This document shows, piece after piece, positions 38,477 to 48,050 of a stretch of 64,000 nt of DNA. A program made the translations under genes and the position numbers. The stretch lies in NCBI GenBank assembly GCA_008080735.1, contig SHMW01000012.1, positions 20,998 through 84,997 on the forward strand, given 5' to 3'. The stretch is from Promethearchaeota archaeon (lineage in GTDB: Archaea; Asgardarchaeota; Lokiarchaeia; Sigyniarchaeales; SOKP01). The notes beneath the pieces are model-generated. The model searched no databases, was not told the DNA's origin, and was given only the letters and a program-made list of their open reading frames with translations. Numbering within the stretch: the first letter of the stretch is position 1; each line of letters starts with the position of its first letter.

Positions 38477-39383
38477 GTCCTACACCCCAATAAATAATTC
38501 CAAATATAAAGTTAAATCCCCAAGATCCCAATGCTATATATCCTGAAGGTCTATGTCGTATCCCGCTCAAACCCTTTAATGCGCCATATACACAAGCAAC
38601 AAAACCTACCGAACCCAAAACTATATGAATAAGATGCCATATATCCACGAATAATGTAGTTGTCCAAAATACGATCAAATCAATTGATTCTGGGATAATA
38701 GAAATAAGATTTATAGATGACAGAACTAAAGCAAATGCCGAAAGCCTCCCATGCGTTTTAATATACTTTCTATAATCAATTTCTGATACGATCGTCGCTA
38801 TTGATAAAGAAACTATAGCAATCGCTCCCAAATAGATATTATAATGATCTAACAGAGCGCCAAAAAATCGTGCAATATAATCAAAAATACTTGCTTGATC
38901 AACAATGATATTAAATACGATATAAGCAATATAAGGCTTGCCCGTTCCATCGTGAATCCCTTCAGGACTTCTCACATAAAATAAGATATCATAAATACCC
39001 CTCTGTTTGGGACTCGTTATCGTAAAATTTACGGATATGCTATTTGCTGTGCCATTTCCATCATAAATTGAATTATCTGGTATATAATCCGAGGGATGTG
39101 CAGTAAATTTATTATTATCAACTGAAATACTATTAAATTCTAGAATGGCACCTGTTCCTCCACCTTCCATTTTTATTGTAAAGTTTTGATTCGGATCTAC
39201 GGTTATAGATGTAGCAGATTCTGTTTTAATATGATATTCACCCGAAATATGACAATTATCGTTTGGATCATCATCGGGAGTAGAATATCCTTTTTTTGAA
39301 AATAAAAGTAGTATGAGCAAAATTATTGTTATTGATAAGAAAATTCTCTTTTTTAAGAATGCTTTAGGACACTTATTGTACAT
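38469..39383 (-). CDS. secreted beta-domain + 4-TM His-containing (cytochrome b-like) membrane protein
   Basis: Signal peptide, DNCH, beta-rich ectodomain, TM helices with KTHG, HLIH, RHR. Confidence 0.55.
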   Translation of the reverse strand: MYNKCPKAFLKKRIFLSITIILLILLLFSKKGYSTPDDDPNDNCHISGEYHIKTESATSITVDPNQNFTIKMEGGGTGAILEFNSISVDNNKFTAHPSDYIPDNSIYDGNGTANSISVNFTITSPKQRGIYDILFYVRSPEGIHDGTGKPYIAYIVFNIIVDQASIFDYIARFFGALLDHYNIYLGAIAIVSLSIATIVSEIDYRKYIKTHGRLSAFALVLSSINLISIIPESIDLIVFWTTTLFVDIWHLIHIVLGSVGFVACVYGALKGLSGIRHRPSGYIALGSWGFNFIFGIIYWGVGLV

Positions 39384-39438
39384 TTTTACGAATGAATGAG
39401 GTTTTAATATAGAAAAATATCCAATTAGTCTAATTAAT

Positions 39439-39462
39439 CCTTATGAATTTGTTAACATAACG
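39439..39462. promoter_or_regulatory. ModE-like palindrome 1 CCTTATG-N10-CATAACG
   Basis: One of four 24-bp copies, upstream of the leftward operon. Confidence 0.7.
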
Positions 39463-39605
39463 AGATTAATTAATTTTCTTATTAAATTAGTAATCTAGGT
39501 GGTTCTCTATTTGAATCTTATCTCTAAAAATATCACTATAAAAAGATGTTTTTCTCTAATTTGGAAATTTTCTAAAGTTTTGTAATATTCTGACCTAAAT
39601 TAAAG

Positions 39606-39629
39606 CATTATGTTCATTTATACATAACA
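39606..39629. promoter_or_regulatory. ModE-like palindrome 2 CATTATG-N10-CATAACA
   Basis: Directly abuts TTTTAAA upstream of 39681. Confidence 0.7.
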
Positions 39630-39680
39630 TTTTTAAATTTCTCTACCCTATTATTTCTAGAATTTATATACAAATTTTTA

Positions 39681-41183
39681 GTGAAAAAAATGGAAACAAA
39701 AGATGGAATTATTGGAGTTTTAATAATTGCCATAGTAGGATTATCAGGTGGCTTAGGATTTATCTTAATAAATCCTCCAACTACCACTACTCCGGGGGGA
39801 CCCGATCAACCGATAGTCTACGATTCAGCACTTCCTGATGATTGGAGTAGTGCACCAAATGCTTCATATTTCACATTTAATAATCAAACGGATAGCGATA
39901 TACAAGTATCACTGGAAGAAATATTAGATGCCGTTAGAAGTCTAGAAGTCAATGGGGAGTACTCTTGGGAAGGGGGAATTGAAGTCAGAACTATAGTGGA
40001 TCCTGATTCTGGAATGTATATTGCCGGAATAGCTATCACAGACCTATTATTTCATCTAAATACGCATTTTCCAGGTGATATAGAGTTCCTTGGTAAAAAA
40101 GATGATTACGGTCAACAAGCTAAATTCACAACTTCGGCAAAGCAAATAATTGAAAAACTTGAAGATGGTGAAGAAGATATTTTAATCGCCATCGCAGTAA
40201 ATAAAGAATGGTTGAGAGATTCTCCTTTATCTGAGTGGGGAGATTTTGCGCTTGTTGGAGAAGGTATGAATACAATTAAGGAATTAGATGAGGTTAATGT
40301 TCTGAACAATTGGACTTTACCTATTAAGGTAGATGGGAATGTGGTTTACGAATTACAACCCCAAAATATAACCAGTTATACAGATACTATTCCATATTAT
40401 GCCTATGATCGGACTGATGATTGGAGCATTAATAGAAGTTATTGGGGAATGAACATATCTCGTATTTGTGATTGGTTAGATCTTAACGAATCTGTTTATT
40501 TTGAACTTAAAGGAAGATCAGCAGATGGTTGGGCAACACCAACAGGTAGGACTGATTATACAGGAGGGCGGAGAGGCTGGAAAACAAGTGAAGTTTATGA
40601 CGGATTAGAATATGATTCGGAATATTGGTCCTATGTAAATGAAACTGATACTTACGATGGGGATCCTTTACCCGCAGAACTTGGGGGTAAACCATTGTTA
40701 CTTGCTTATGCTCACCAACTTCATGGGGAGATTGATACCCAATCTGGAGATACGAACCCACCTTGGCCTGCTAGAAAAAAGCTTGGGATGTTAAGTGGTC
40801 CATATAAAGTTTTTGCAGGGGGTCAAGATAGAGGCGCTCAAGTTAAATATATTTCCTCTATCGAAATCTATACAGTATTAGCCTATTGGGACTCAAACGT
40901 CACCTTTGTAGGAAGTGGTAAAGATGCAACTCCAACCTTAAATGTATCGGACTCAATACAGTTTAACTGGACGGGCAGTGCAGTATTTAATTCAACATTA
41001 GACTTTCAATGGTGGTTCAATTCTTCAAGTACTTCATATAACTCAACTGAGAAGCATCCTGTAATTACTTTTGATACACCTGGTACATATACTATCACCT
41101 TGACGGTTTTTGATGCCCTTGGTAATAAAAATACCCAAAAAACAGGATACTGGGATAGATTCGTTGTAGAAGACAATACCTGA
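39681..41183 (+). CDS. membrane-anchored surface protein with two sulfite-oxidase-like (Oxidored_molyb-like) domains and a C-terminal PKD domain
   Basis: N-term TM; YWGMNI..RSADGW..LLLAY..GPYKV..VKYISSIEI and a degenerate first copy; PKD WWF..HP..FDTPGTYTITLTV; start may be ATG at 39690. Confidence 0.65.
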   Translation: MKKMETKDGIIGVLIIAIVGLSGGLGFILINPPTTTTPGGPDQPIVYDSALPDDWSSAPNASYFTFNNQTDSDIQVSLEEILDAVRSLEVNGEYSWEGGIEVRTIVDPDSGMYIAGIAITDLLFHLNTHFPGDIEFLGKKDDYGQQAKFTTSAKQIIEKLEDGEEDILIAIAVNKEWLRDSPLSEWGDFALVGEGMNTIKELDEVNVLNNWTLPIKVDGNVVYELQPQNITSYTDTIPYYAYDRTDDWSINRSYWGMNISRICDWLDLNESVYFELKGRSADGWATPTGRTDYTGGRRGWKTSEVYDGLEYDSEYWSYVNETDTYDGDPLPAELGGKPLLLAYAHQLHGEIDTQSGDTNPPWPARKKLGMLSGPYKVFAGGQDRGAQVKYISSIEIYTVLAYWDSNVTFVGSGKDATPTLNVSDSIQFNWTGSAVFNSTLDFQWWFNSSSTSYNSTEKHPVITFDTPGTYTITLTVFDALGNKNTQKTGYWDRFVVEDNT

Positions 41184-41296
41184 TGAGGCAATTATTTTAA
41201 AAATACCTAAAAACAATATCTATTAATATTTTTTTTTAGCTTTTGTTCATTATTAAAAAATTAATCATATGATAGAGAAAAAAACCCTTTAAAAAA

Positions 41297-42181
41297 ATGG
41301 AAAAAAAAGAATTCATTAGATATATCTCCTTGTTTCTTTTAGGCTTATTCTTTATTCTCTCGGTAGTTGAAACATCATATGCATATTATGGTGAAGGGGA
41401 TTGCGCACATGAACATGAAATTGTTTATATCGATGTTCCCCTCGATTCAGATGCTAATATTATTTTGGATGGAAATCCCACTGAAAATTTTTGGAAGAAA
41501 GAATCAAATCAAAAGGGAAATATGCTTATTAAATTATCCGAAAGGAAGATAGGAACAGAAATTCCCGAGATTCATAACTTAAATATCACCTTTATAATGA
41601 ATGATAATTACATATATATTTTATGTATATGGGAAGATTCTACTCCGGAATTTGAGGATGGTAATTTCAAGGATGGATTGGCCTTTTGTTGGAATATCAA
41701 TGCTCCAAATTTTTCCGCTTATTATGCACAGAATGATATGAATACAGCTAATATGGGTGGAGGGAGAGTTGATGCGTGGAGATGGAATTATGATGATCTG
41801 AATAGTCGAGGAGAGGTTCATTACGTATTAGATGACTGTTTTGATGATGAGGGATGGATTAGTCCTAGTGAGCCTGGAAGAGATATAAAAGCAGCTTATA
41901 ATTATTCTGAGACAGATAAGTCATATTATTTAGAAATTGAGCGAAAACTCATTACGGGAGAGATCTTTGATGTACAGTTTGGCGACAAAAAAGCATATAA
42001 GTTTAATTTAGCTCTTTTCAACGATAATCAATACGAAGATCATGCAATTTCATGGACCTATGCCTTAGATTTAGGTGAAGATAATCTAATTTCTGGCTTC
42101 TTTATTACTTTAATAGCAAGTTCAATGATAGTAGTTCTTATAATAATCTCAATTTATATAATTAGACAAAAAATAGATTAA
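41297..42181 (+). CDS. secreted DOMON-like (ethylbenzene dehydrogenase heme-b subunit-like) protein with C-terminal anchor
   Basis: LDG...W, YIYILCIWED, DGLAFCW, M..G..DAWRW, YLEIERKL, distal His; ISGF+TM tail. Confidence 0.65.
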   Translation: MEKKEFIRYISLFLLGLFFILSVVETSYAYYGEGDCAHEHEIVYIDVPLDSDANIILDGNPTENFWKKESNQKGNMLIKLSERKIGTEIPEIHNLNITFIMNDNYIYILCIWEDSTPEFEDGNFKDGLAFCWNINAPNFSAYYAQNDMNTANMGGGRVDAWRWNYDDLNSRGEVHYVLDDCFDDEGWISPSEPGRDIKAAYNYSETDKSYYLEIERKLITGEIFDVQFGDKKAYKFNLALFNDNQYEDHAISWTYALDLGEDNLISGFFITLIASSMIVVLIIISIYIIRQKID

Positions 42182-42188
42182 ATCAGAA

Positions 42189-42740
42189 ATGGAAACGAGA
42201 AATTTTTATATTTTAGTTGCCTCGATTGCTGTGGGTCTTGCATCTTTTTGGCTTACGATATATGCAATTGTTACTTTAGATGTTGATATATTCCAAGACC
42301 CAAATACAATACAAATAAAAGGGAATGGAATCAATGGAGAAATTACATTATCAGTAAACGAATTATCATCCGATCCCTATCAGCAAGTTAAAGATAAAAC
42401 TTTTACAATTAAGAATAAATATGAAAGAGTCTATTATAATACATTTACGGGAGTTTCGTTATGGAGTATAATAGAGCAGAATCAACATCTTTTACTTAAA
42501 GATCCCTCTGAACTGACATTTTTATTTAAAGCAAGAGATGCCTATCAATCACCAAAACCGTTAAATTTATCGATCGCACAAAATAATCCTACATTGGTCA
42601 TCCTAGCATATTTAGAGGATGGATATCCTCTATTCGAAGATGGACCCATTAGAGCTATAATAGACCAATCTGTAGTTCCCGAAGATGAATATTCTTCTCA
42701 ATACACTGTAAAATATATGGCTTCAGTAATCATCGAATAA
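42189..42740 (+). CDS. membrane-anchored sulfite-oxidase-fold (Oxidored_molyb-like) protein
   Basis: FTGVSLWSII, F.ARDAY, ILAY.EDG.PL..DGPIR, VKYMASV; no Cys in the protein. Confidence 0.75.
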   Translation: METRNFYILVASIAVGLASFWLTIYAIVTLDVDIFQDPNTIQIKGNGINGEITLSVNELSSDPYQQVKDKTFTIKNKYERVYYNTFTGVSLWSIIEQNQHLLLKDPSELTFLFKARDAYQSPKPLNLSIAQNNPTLVILAYLEDGYPLFEDGPIRAIIDQSVVPEDEYSSQYTVKYMASVIIE

Positions 42741-42770
42741 ACTAAATCAATTTTTATGTAATAAAAAAAC

Positions 42771-43400
42771 TTGATGATGGATATGAGTGAAGAGCAGAAA
42801 TTTATAAAAAACAAAAACGGGATGTACAAAGAAACTGGTTTTTCAACGAATCTAAGAAAACTTACAAATTTAGATTTACTCTACTCAACAATAATTGGTG
42901 TTATGGGAGGTATAATATCCAGTCTCATTCCATTCAGTCTGTTAATAAAGGTTTGGTATCCTTTAACGGGTGGGACGCAATTAATCAGCGGACACCATGT
43001 CATTTGGGCATCAATCATATACGGTCTTACAAAAAAAAAAACTAATATTATGATTACTATGCTCTCGAAAGGACTTCTAGAATTTTTATTTGGGGATGTT
43101 TGGGGATTATTGATTATTTTTGTGAATCTAATGGAAGGATTTTTCCTAGCACTCGGATTTTTTTTGATGGAAAGATTAGGAGAGGGTGAAACTAAATTAG
43201 GTTGGGGGATTGCTGGAGGTTTTGGAAATTTCTTCCAAGCACCATTTTTTTGGATCATCAATCAAAGATGGTTTTTACATTGGAGCCTATGGATTCTTTC
43301 CTTTATATTTGCCTTCATTTCAGGTATTCTCATAGTTGGTGTCTTGGGAAGAGCGGTTAAGAATACCTTAATAAAAGCAGGCGTTCCAACAACATTTTAG
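42771..43400 (+). CDS. ECF transporter S component (YkoE-like)
   Basis: About 6 TM, GLLEFLFG..WG, KAGV tail; directly upstream of ECF A and T. Confidence 0.8.
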   Translation: MMMDMSEEQKFIKNKNGMYKETGFSTNLRKLTNLDLLYSTIIGVMGGIISSLIPFSLLIKVWYPLTGGTQLISGHHVIWASIIYGLTKKKTNIMITMLSKGLLEFLFGDVWGLLIIFVNLMEGFFLALGFFLMERLGEGETKLGWGIAGGFGNFFQAPFFWIINQRWFLHWSLWILSFIFAFISGILIVGVLGRAVKNTLIKAGVPTTF

Positions 43401-43403
43401 CGG

Positions 43404-45200
43404 GTGGAGATATCAATCTCAGACTCAAATATTTCTCTTTTTTTTGATAAATTTTCCTTTATTTACGGAAAAGATAGGTCCCAGAAGCCAGCAGTTTCCA
43501 ATATATCATTCAATTTAAAAGAAGGGGAGGTTTTGATTTTAGCGGGGTCGAGCGGAAGTGGAAAATCCACTATATCATTTGCGATGAATGGGATGATCCC
43601 GTGGAGAATTAAAGGATTTGCCAAGGGAGATGTGCAAGTATTTGGAAAAAGTATCTGGGATTATGATTTTATGGAATTAAGCAAAACGGTTGGATTAGTG
43701 AAGCAAAATCCATTAGAACAGCTAGTAACTTTCACCGTAAAAGACGAGATCGCGTTTGGACTTGAAAATCTTAAATACCCAGAAGGAGAAATTGAAGATC
43801 GAATTAAGAATATCGCAGAATTTATGGGGATTTCGCATCTTTTAGACCGAGATATAGACCAGTTGAGCGGTGGTCAAAAGCAACTTACGATCCTAAGCTC
43901 GTTTTTAGTAATGGATCCAAAAATCTTAATCCTTGACGAGCCGATTGCGTTTTTAGACCAGAATTCGGAAAGTCTCTTATTAGACAGGTTGAAAAAATTA
44001 GTTGAATCGAAATATCATAACCTTACACTCGTTATAATTGAACATAGACTGTCCCGAGTGATAGATATCGCTGATAAAATTATCATTTTGAGAGATGACG
44101 GAAAAATTGCGTTGATGGGGGATGTAAATAAGGTATTAAGAGAAAATTTTAACCAATTGAGAAATTGTAATGTCCGTGTTCCATGGTTATATAATATTTT
44201 CGACCATTATGGAAATAGAGCTCATCCAGCGTCTTTTACGGAGGCTCTCAAATTAATTGAGACATTAAATAAAAATCAGCTGCACAAACTCAAACAGATT
44301 CTTATTGACAATGAGATAAAGCCAATCCATCTTAATAAATTCAGTGATTTTGATGAGATTATTGAATTTGAGAATCTCTACATTGAAAGTCTTAAAGATC
44401 AAATATCTGAGCAAGACAACGGACAAAATGGAAAACCCAAAGAGGAGAGAATAATCCTAGAGACGAAAAATCTAAGTTTCGAATATCCAAATACAGACAT
44501 AAAGGCAATTCAAAATCTTACGATAAAAATTAAAGACGGAGATTTTATCGGATTAATTGGTCCAAATGGTTCGGGCAAAACGACTTTGCTCTACTTACTT
44601 GCGGGATTATATGAGCCCGTTTTTGGTGAGATATTCTATAAAGACCAAAATATTAGCGACTTGGATCAATATGAATATGCGAAAAAAATTGGATTCATTT
44701 TTCAGAATCCCGAGAGCATGATCTTCAAGAGCACGATAAAAGATGAGCTCTTATACGGTCCGCGGAATTTTAATATTGAAGACCAGATCAAAGATGATTA
44801 TTTATTTAAACTGGTTAATTTAATTGGAAATGAAAGTCCAGATAAAAATCCTTCCAATTTAAGCTGGGGGCAAAAGCGCAGATTGAACTTAAGTTCTGTG
44901 TTTATTTACAATCCCGATATAATATTATTAGACGAGCCCTTCATCGGACAAGACCAAAAAACCATCGAGGAATTGATTGAGACGTTATTTATTGAAAACA
45001 AACGCGGAAAGACGATTATCATCTCTTCACATGATTATCATTTACTCCTAAAATATACTAAGAAGATTATGGAGCTGAATGAGGATGGTACATTGAGGGA
45101 TTACGACTTGAACGGTAATTATTTCACGCGACACCAGAATTTAGGCCCTATTCTATTATTAGATAAAATTAATCAGCAATTAAGCCAAAAGGACGGATAA
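43404..45200 (+). CDS. ECF transporter fused double ATPase (A-A')
   Basis: GSSGSGKST / GPNGSGKTT, QNP, LSGGQKQ / LSWGQKRR, LDEP twice. Confidence 0.93.
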   Translation: MEISISDSNISLFFDKFSFIYGKDRSQKPAVSNISFNLKEGEVLILAGSSGSGKSTISFAMNGMIPWRIKGFAKGDVQVFGKSIWDYDFMELSKTVGLVKQNPLEQLVTFTVKDEIAFGLENLKYPEGEIEDRIKNIAEFMGISHLLDRDIDQLSGGQKQLTILSSFLVMDPKILILDEPIAFLDQNSESLLLDRLKKLVESKYHNLTLVIIEHRLSRVIDIADKIIILRDDGKIALMGDVNKVLRENFNQLRNCNVRVPWLYNIFDHYGNRAHPASFTEALKLIETLNKNQLHKLKQILIDNEIKPIHLNKFSDFDEIIEFENLYIESLKDQISEQDNGQNGKPKEERIILETKNLSFEYPNTDIKAIQNLTIKIKDGDFIGLIGPNGSGKTTLLYLLAGLYEPVFGEIFYKDQNISDLDQYEYAKKIGFIFQNPESMIFKSTIKDELLYGPRNFNIEDQIKDDYLFKLVNLIGNESPDKNPSNLSWGQKRRLNLSSVFIYNPDIILLDEPFIGQDQKTIEELIETLFIENKRGKTIIISSHDYHLLLKYTKKIMELNEDGTLRDYDLNGNYFTRHQNLGPILLLDKINQQLSQKDG

Positions 45201-45204
45201 TCCA

Positions 45205-46080
45205 ATGCCAAAAAAGAACGAATTTTTAGATAACAAAACCTACACTTTTACCTACTATCCTGGGGACTCACTTCTTCATAAATTAAATCCATTATCCAAA
45301 TTAGTGTTTTTGCTACTTCTCACAATCTTGATCTTTTTTATTAGAAGCTTAATTCTTTTCGCAGTAATAACTTTATCCATAATCTTAATCGCGTTAGCCA
45401 GTGGAATCTCACTGCGAAATTTAGCGAAAAAATTACGCTTCATTATAATTGTAATGATCTTTAGCGTTTTTCTAAATATATTTTTCAACGCCATACCTCA
45501 AGAACAAGAGCAGGTGCTCTTTTATCTATTTGGCGTGCAATTTTTACCGATTCGACGATTGGCGGTATATTATGCGATGAAAGCATTTTTGATCGTCATC
45601 ACGCTTTTTACATCCTCTATAATTTATACAAACACCACATTAATGAAAGATTTTGCTTATTCTCTCATGAGTTTGAACATTCCATATAAATTTAGTTTTG
45701 ATTTTATGGTGGGAATACGCTACCTCCCATTAATCGAAAAGGAGGCAAAAACAATTGCTCTGGCACAAAAAGCGAGAGGTTTTGGTCGCGAAAAGGTGAA
45801 TTCAATCAAAAAAGCCTATAACTTTGTCATGGAACGATTAATTTCTACTTTAGTCTCTATTCTTCGAAAAGGACATATTACTTCAATTTCCATGGAAAAT
45901 CGTTGTTTCGGTATCTATAAAACCCGTACAAACCTCACGAAAGTCCCATTTAAAAAAAAGGATTATGGATTTATTATTTTCTGTATTTTATTATTTAGTT
46001 TTATATCTCTCTATATCTTTAGGATTATTCCTTTACCAACTTTCCCTTCATTATATAATATTTTTAAAAATTTATTCTAA
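45205..46080 (+). CDS. ECF transporter T component
   Basis: S.LHKLNPLSKL, RYLP, AQKARG, SMENRCF. Confidence 0.93.
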   Translation: MPKKNEFLDNKTYTFTYYPGDSLLHKLNPLSKLVFLLLLTILIFFIRSLILFAVITLSIILIALASGISLRNLAKKLRFIIIVMIFSVFLNIFFNAIPQEQEQVLFYLFGVQFLPIRRLAVYYAMKAFLIVITLFTSSIIYTNTTLMKDFAYSLMSLNIPYKFSFDFMVGIRYLPLIEKEAKTIALAQKARGFGREKVNSIKKAYNFVMERLISTLVSILRKGHITSISMENRCFGIYKTRTNLTKVPFKKKDYGFIIFCILLFSFISLYIFRIIPLPTFPSLYNIFKNLF

Positions 46081-46152
46081 ATTAACTCCTAATATGGATA
46101 TTAGATAATTTCTAAATAAATTTGTTTTAAAATTCAATTAAGGATTTATTGG

Positions 46153-46176
46153 CGTTATGTTTATAAGTACATATCA
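46153..46176. promoter_or_regulatory. ModE-like palindrome 3 CGTTATG-N10-CATATCA
   Basis: Upstream of tupA; spacer contains TATA-like TTTATAAG. Confidence 0.72.
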
Positions 46177-46214
46177 ACTAAAATACATACAAATTTCACA
46201 AAAATTACTTTTAG

Positions 46215-47252
46215 TTGAGAAATATGAAAACAATACCTAATCAAAATATTAAAATGGTAAGCAGAGAAGGTGCGAAGGGATTTATCCTTGACCACAAAAA
46301 AGCTCTAGCAGTAATTGCAATTTTAGCGGTTGCTGGAATTACAACGGGATTTATAGTTTTTGAATTTACTCGTTCTGAACAAAGAATGATCCTAGCAACA
46401 ACCACATCGACCTATGATTCTGGATTACTTGATGTTCTACTTCCTGAGTTTACAGAGAGCACTGGTATTCAAGTAGATGTCGTATCAGTTGGGACAGGTC
46501 AAGCGCTCGAAAATGGTCGGCAAGGAAACTGTGATATGATCCTCGTTCATGCACGCTCACGTGAGGACCAATTTGTTGCAGAAAAATATGGAATCCATAG
46601 AACTTGTGTGATGTATAATGATTTCGTTCTTGTTGGACCAGATAGTGATCCTGCTGGAGTTTTAGACCCAAGCATCAATATAACCGATGCATTCAAAAGA
46701 ATTTATAACGGCGGTGATGAGGGAAATACAACCTTTCATTCGCGTGGAGATGATTCAGGGACTCATACAAAAGAAAAAGCTTTATGGGCTGCAGCAGGGT
46801 ATGATTATACAGCTGAAATTAATATTCCTGAAAATACATGGTATGAGGCACATGGAGCGGGAATGGGAGATACTCTTGTCTTTACAGATCAAGATCCTGA
46901 AGGTAATGGTTATACTTTAGCAGACAGAGGTACTTGGCTATCCACGAAGGCGAATCTAGATTTAATATTGGTTTATAATAGCACAGAAGTAGAATTGCTG
47001 AATCCATATGGGGCAATCCCAATAGATCCGTGGACTCATTCACATGTAAAATACACCTTTGCTCTTAAATTAACCGCGTTTTTAGTTTCACAAAAGGGTC
47101 AAAACATGATTGGAAATTATACTGTTAGTGGAGAGGTACTTTTTACTCCATGTTTTGGAATTTGTAATCATACTCATGATTGCCCGACGACTCAAGAAGA
47201 GATTGACTTTTGGACCAGATATAACGGTGGATTCACTCAACCCGCTCCTTAA
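46215..47252 (+). CDS. tupA: tungstate ABC transporter substrate-binding protein
   Basis: LATTTSTYDSGLL, GTGQAL, VHA, MYNDF, SRGDDSGTH. Confidence 0.95.
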   Translation: MRNMKTIPNQNIKMVSREGAKGFILDHKKALAVIAILAVAGITTGFIVFEFTRSEQRMILATTTSTYDSGLLDVLLPEFTESTGIQVDVVSVGTGQALENGRQGNCDMILVHARSREDQFVAEKYGIHRTCVMYNDFVLVGPDSDPAGVLDPSINITDAFKRIYNGGDEGNTTFHSRGDDSGTHTKEKALWAAAGYDYTAEINIPENTWYEAHGAGMGDTLVFTDQDPEGNGYTLADRGTWLSTKANLDLILVYNSTEVELLNPYGAIPIDPWTHSHVKYTFALKLTAFLVSQKGQNMIGNYTVSGEVLFTPCFGICNHTHDCPTTQEEIDFWTRYNGGFTQPAP

Positions 47253-47353
47253 ATGCCTAAATAAAAAGCAAGCATAATTAAATTAGTCTAAATTTTTTTT
47301 TAAATTATTATAATATATTTTCTACCAAACAAAACTTAAAAAAAGGATCAAAA

Positions 47354-48049
47354 ATGGGAAATGACTTAATTGAAGGAATTGTTCAAGCGTTTATCTTATT
47401 ATTTACATTTGATAGTCAAGTTTGGGGGATAATGTGGCTTTCCATAAGAGTTTCATTAACTTCTATTTTTTTCGCATCACTAATGGGAATTCCGATAGGC
47501 TCTTTTATCGGACTGAGAAAGTTTAGGGGGAAATCCTTTCTTACCAACATTATCAATACCTTTATGGGGTTTCCACCAGTTGTTATGGGGCTCATCGTTT
47601 TTTTCCTTCTTTCGCGAAGTGGGCCTCTTGGGAATCTTGGGTTGTTATATTCACCCACAGCAATGATTGTAGCTCAAATGTTTTTAGCAACCCCAATTGT
47701 TACTGGTACAACAAAAGCAGCCATAGAAAGCATAGACCCAAATCTAAAACAGACCGTTATTTCCTTAGGGGCCACAGAAACCCAACTTTGGTGGCAACTG
47801 ATAAAAGAATCGAGAAGATCAATAATTGCGGGGATATTAGTCGGTTTCGGGCAAATTATTTCGGAAGTAGGCGCAGTTTTGCTTGTAGGAGGTAATATCG
47901 AGGGATATACGAGAACATTTACAACAGCAATAGTGTTAAATACCAGAATGGGTCAATTTGGAATGGCTATAGCTTTAGGTTCAATTCTAATACTTATTAC
48001 ATTCATATTAAATTATGCATTAACCTACCTACAAACCAGAGAGGATTAA
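47354..48049 (+). CDS. tupB: tungstate ABC transporter permease
   Basis: MGFPPVVMGL, SRSGPLG, SEVGA..VGGNI..TR. Confidence 0.94.
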   Translation: MGNDLIEGIVQAFILLFTFDSQVWGIMWLSIRVSLTSIFFASLMGIPIGSFIGLRKFRGKSFLTNIINTFMGFPPVVMGLIVFFLLSRSGPLGNLGLLYSPTAMIVAQMFLATPIVTGTTKAAIESIDPNLKQTVISLGATETQLWWQLIKESRRSIIAGILVGFGQIISEVGAVLLVGGNIEGYTRTFTTAIVLNTRMGQFGMAIALGSILILITFILNYALTYLQTRED

Positions 48050-48050
48050 A

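Noticed and set aside
39240-39275. c-type heme motif in the 38469..39383 protein
   Set aside because: The sequence is NDNCH, lacking the first Cys of CxxCH
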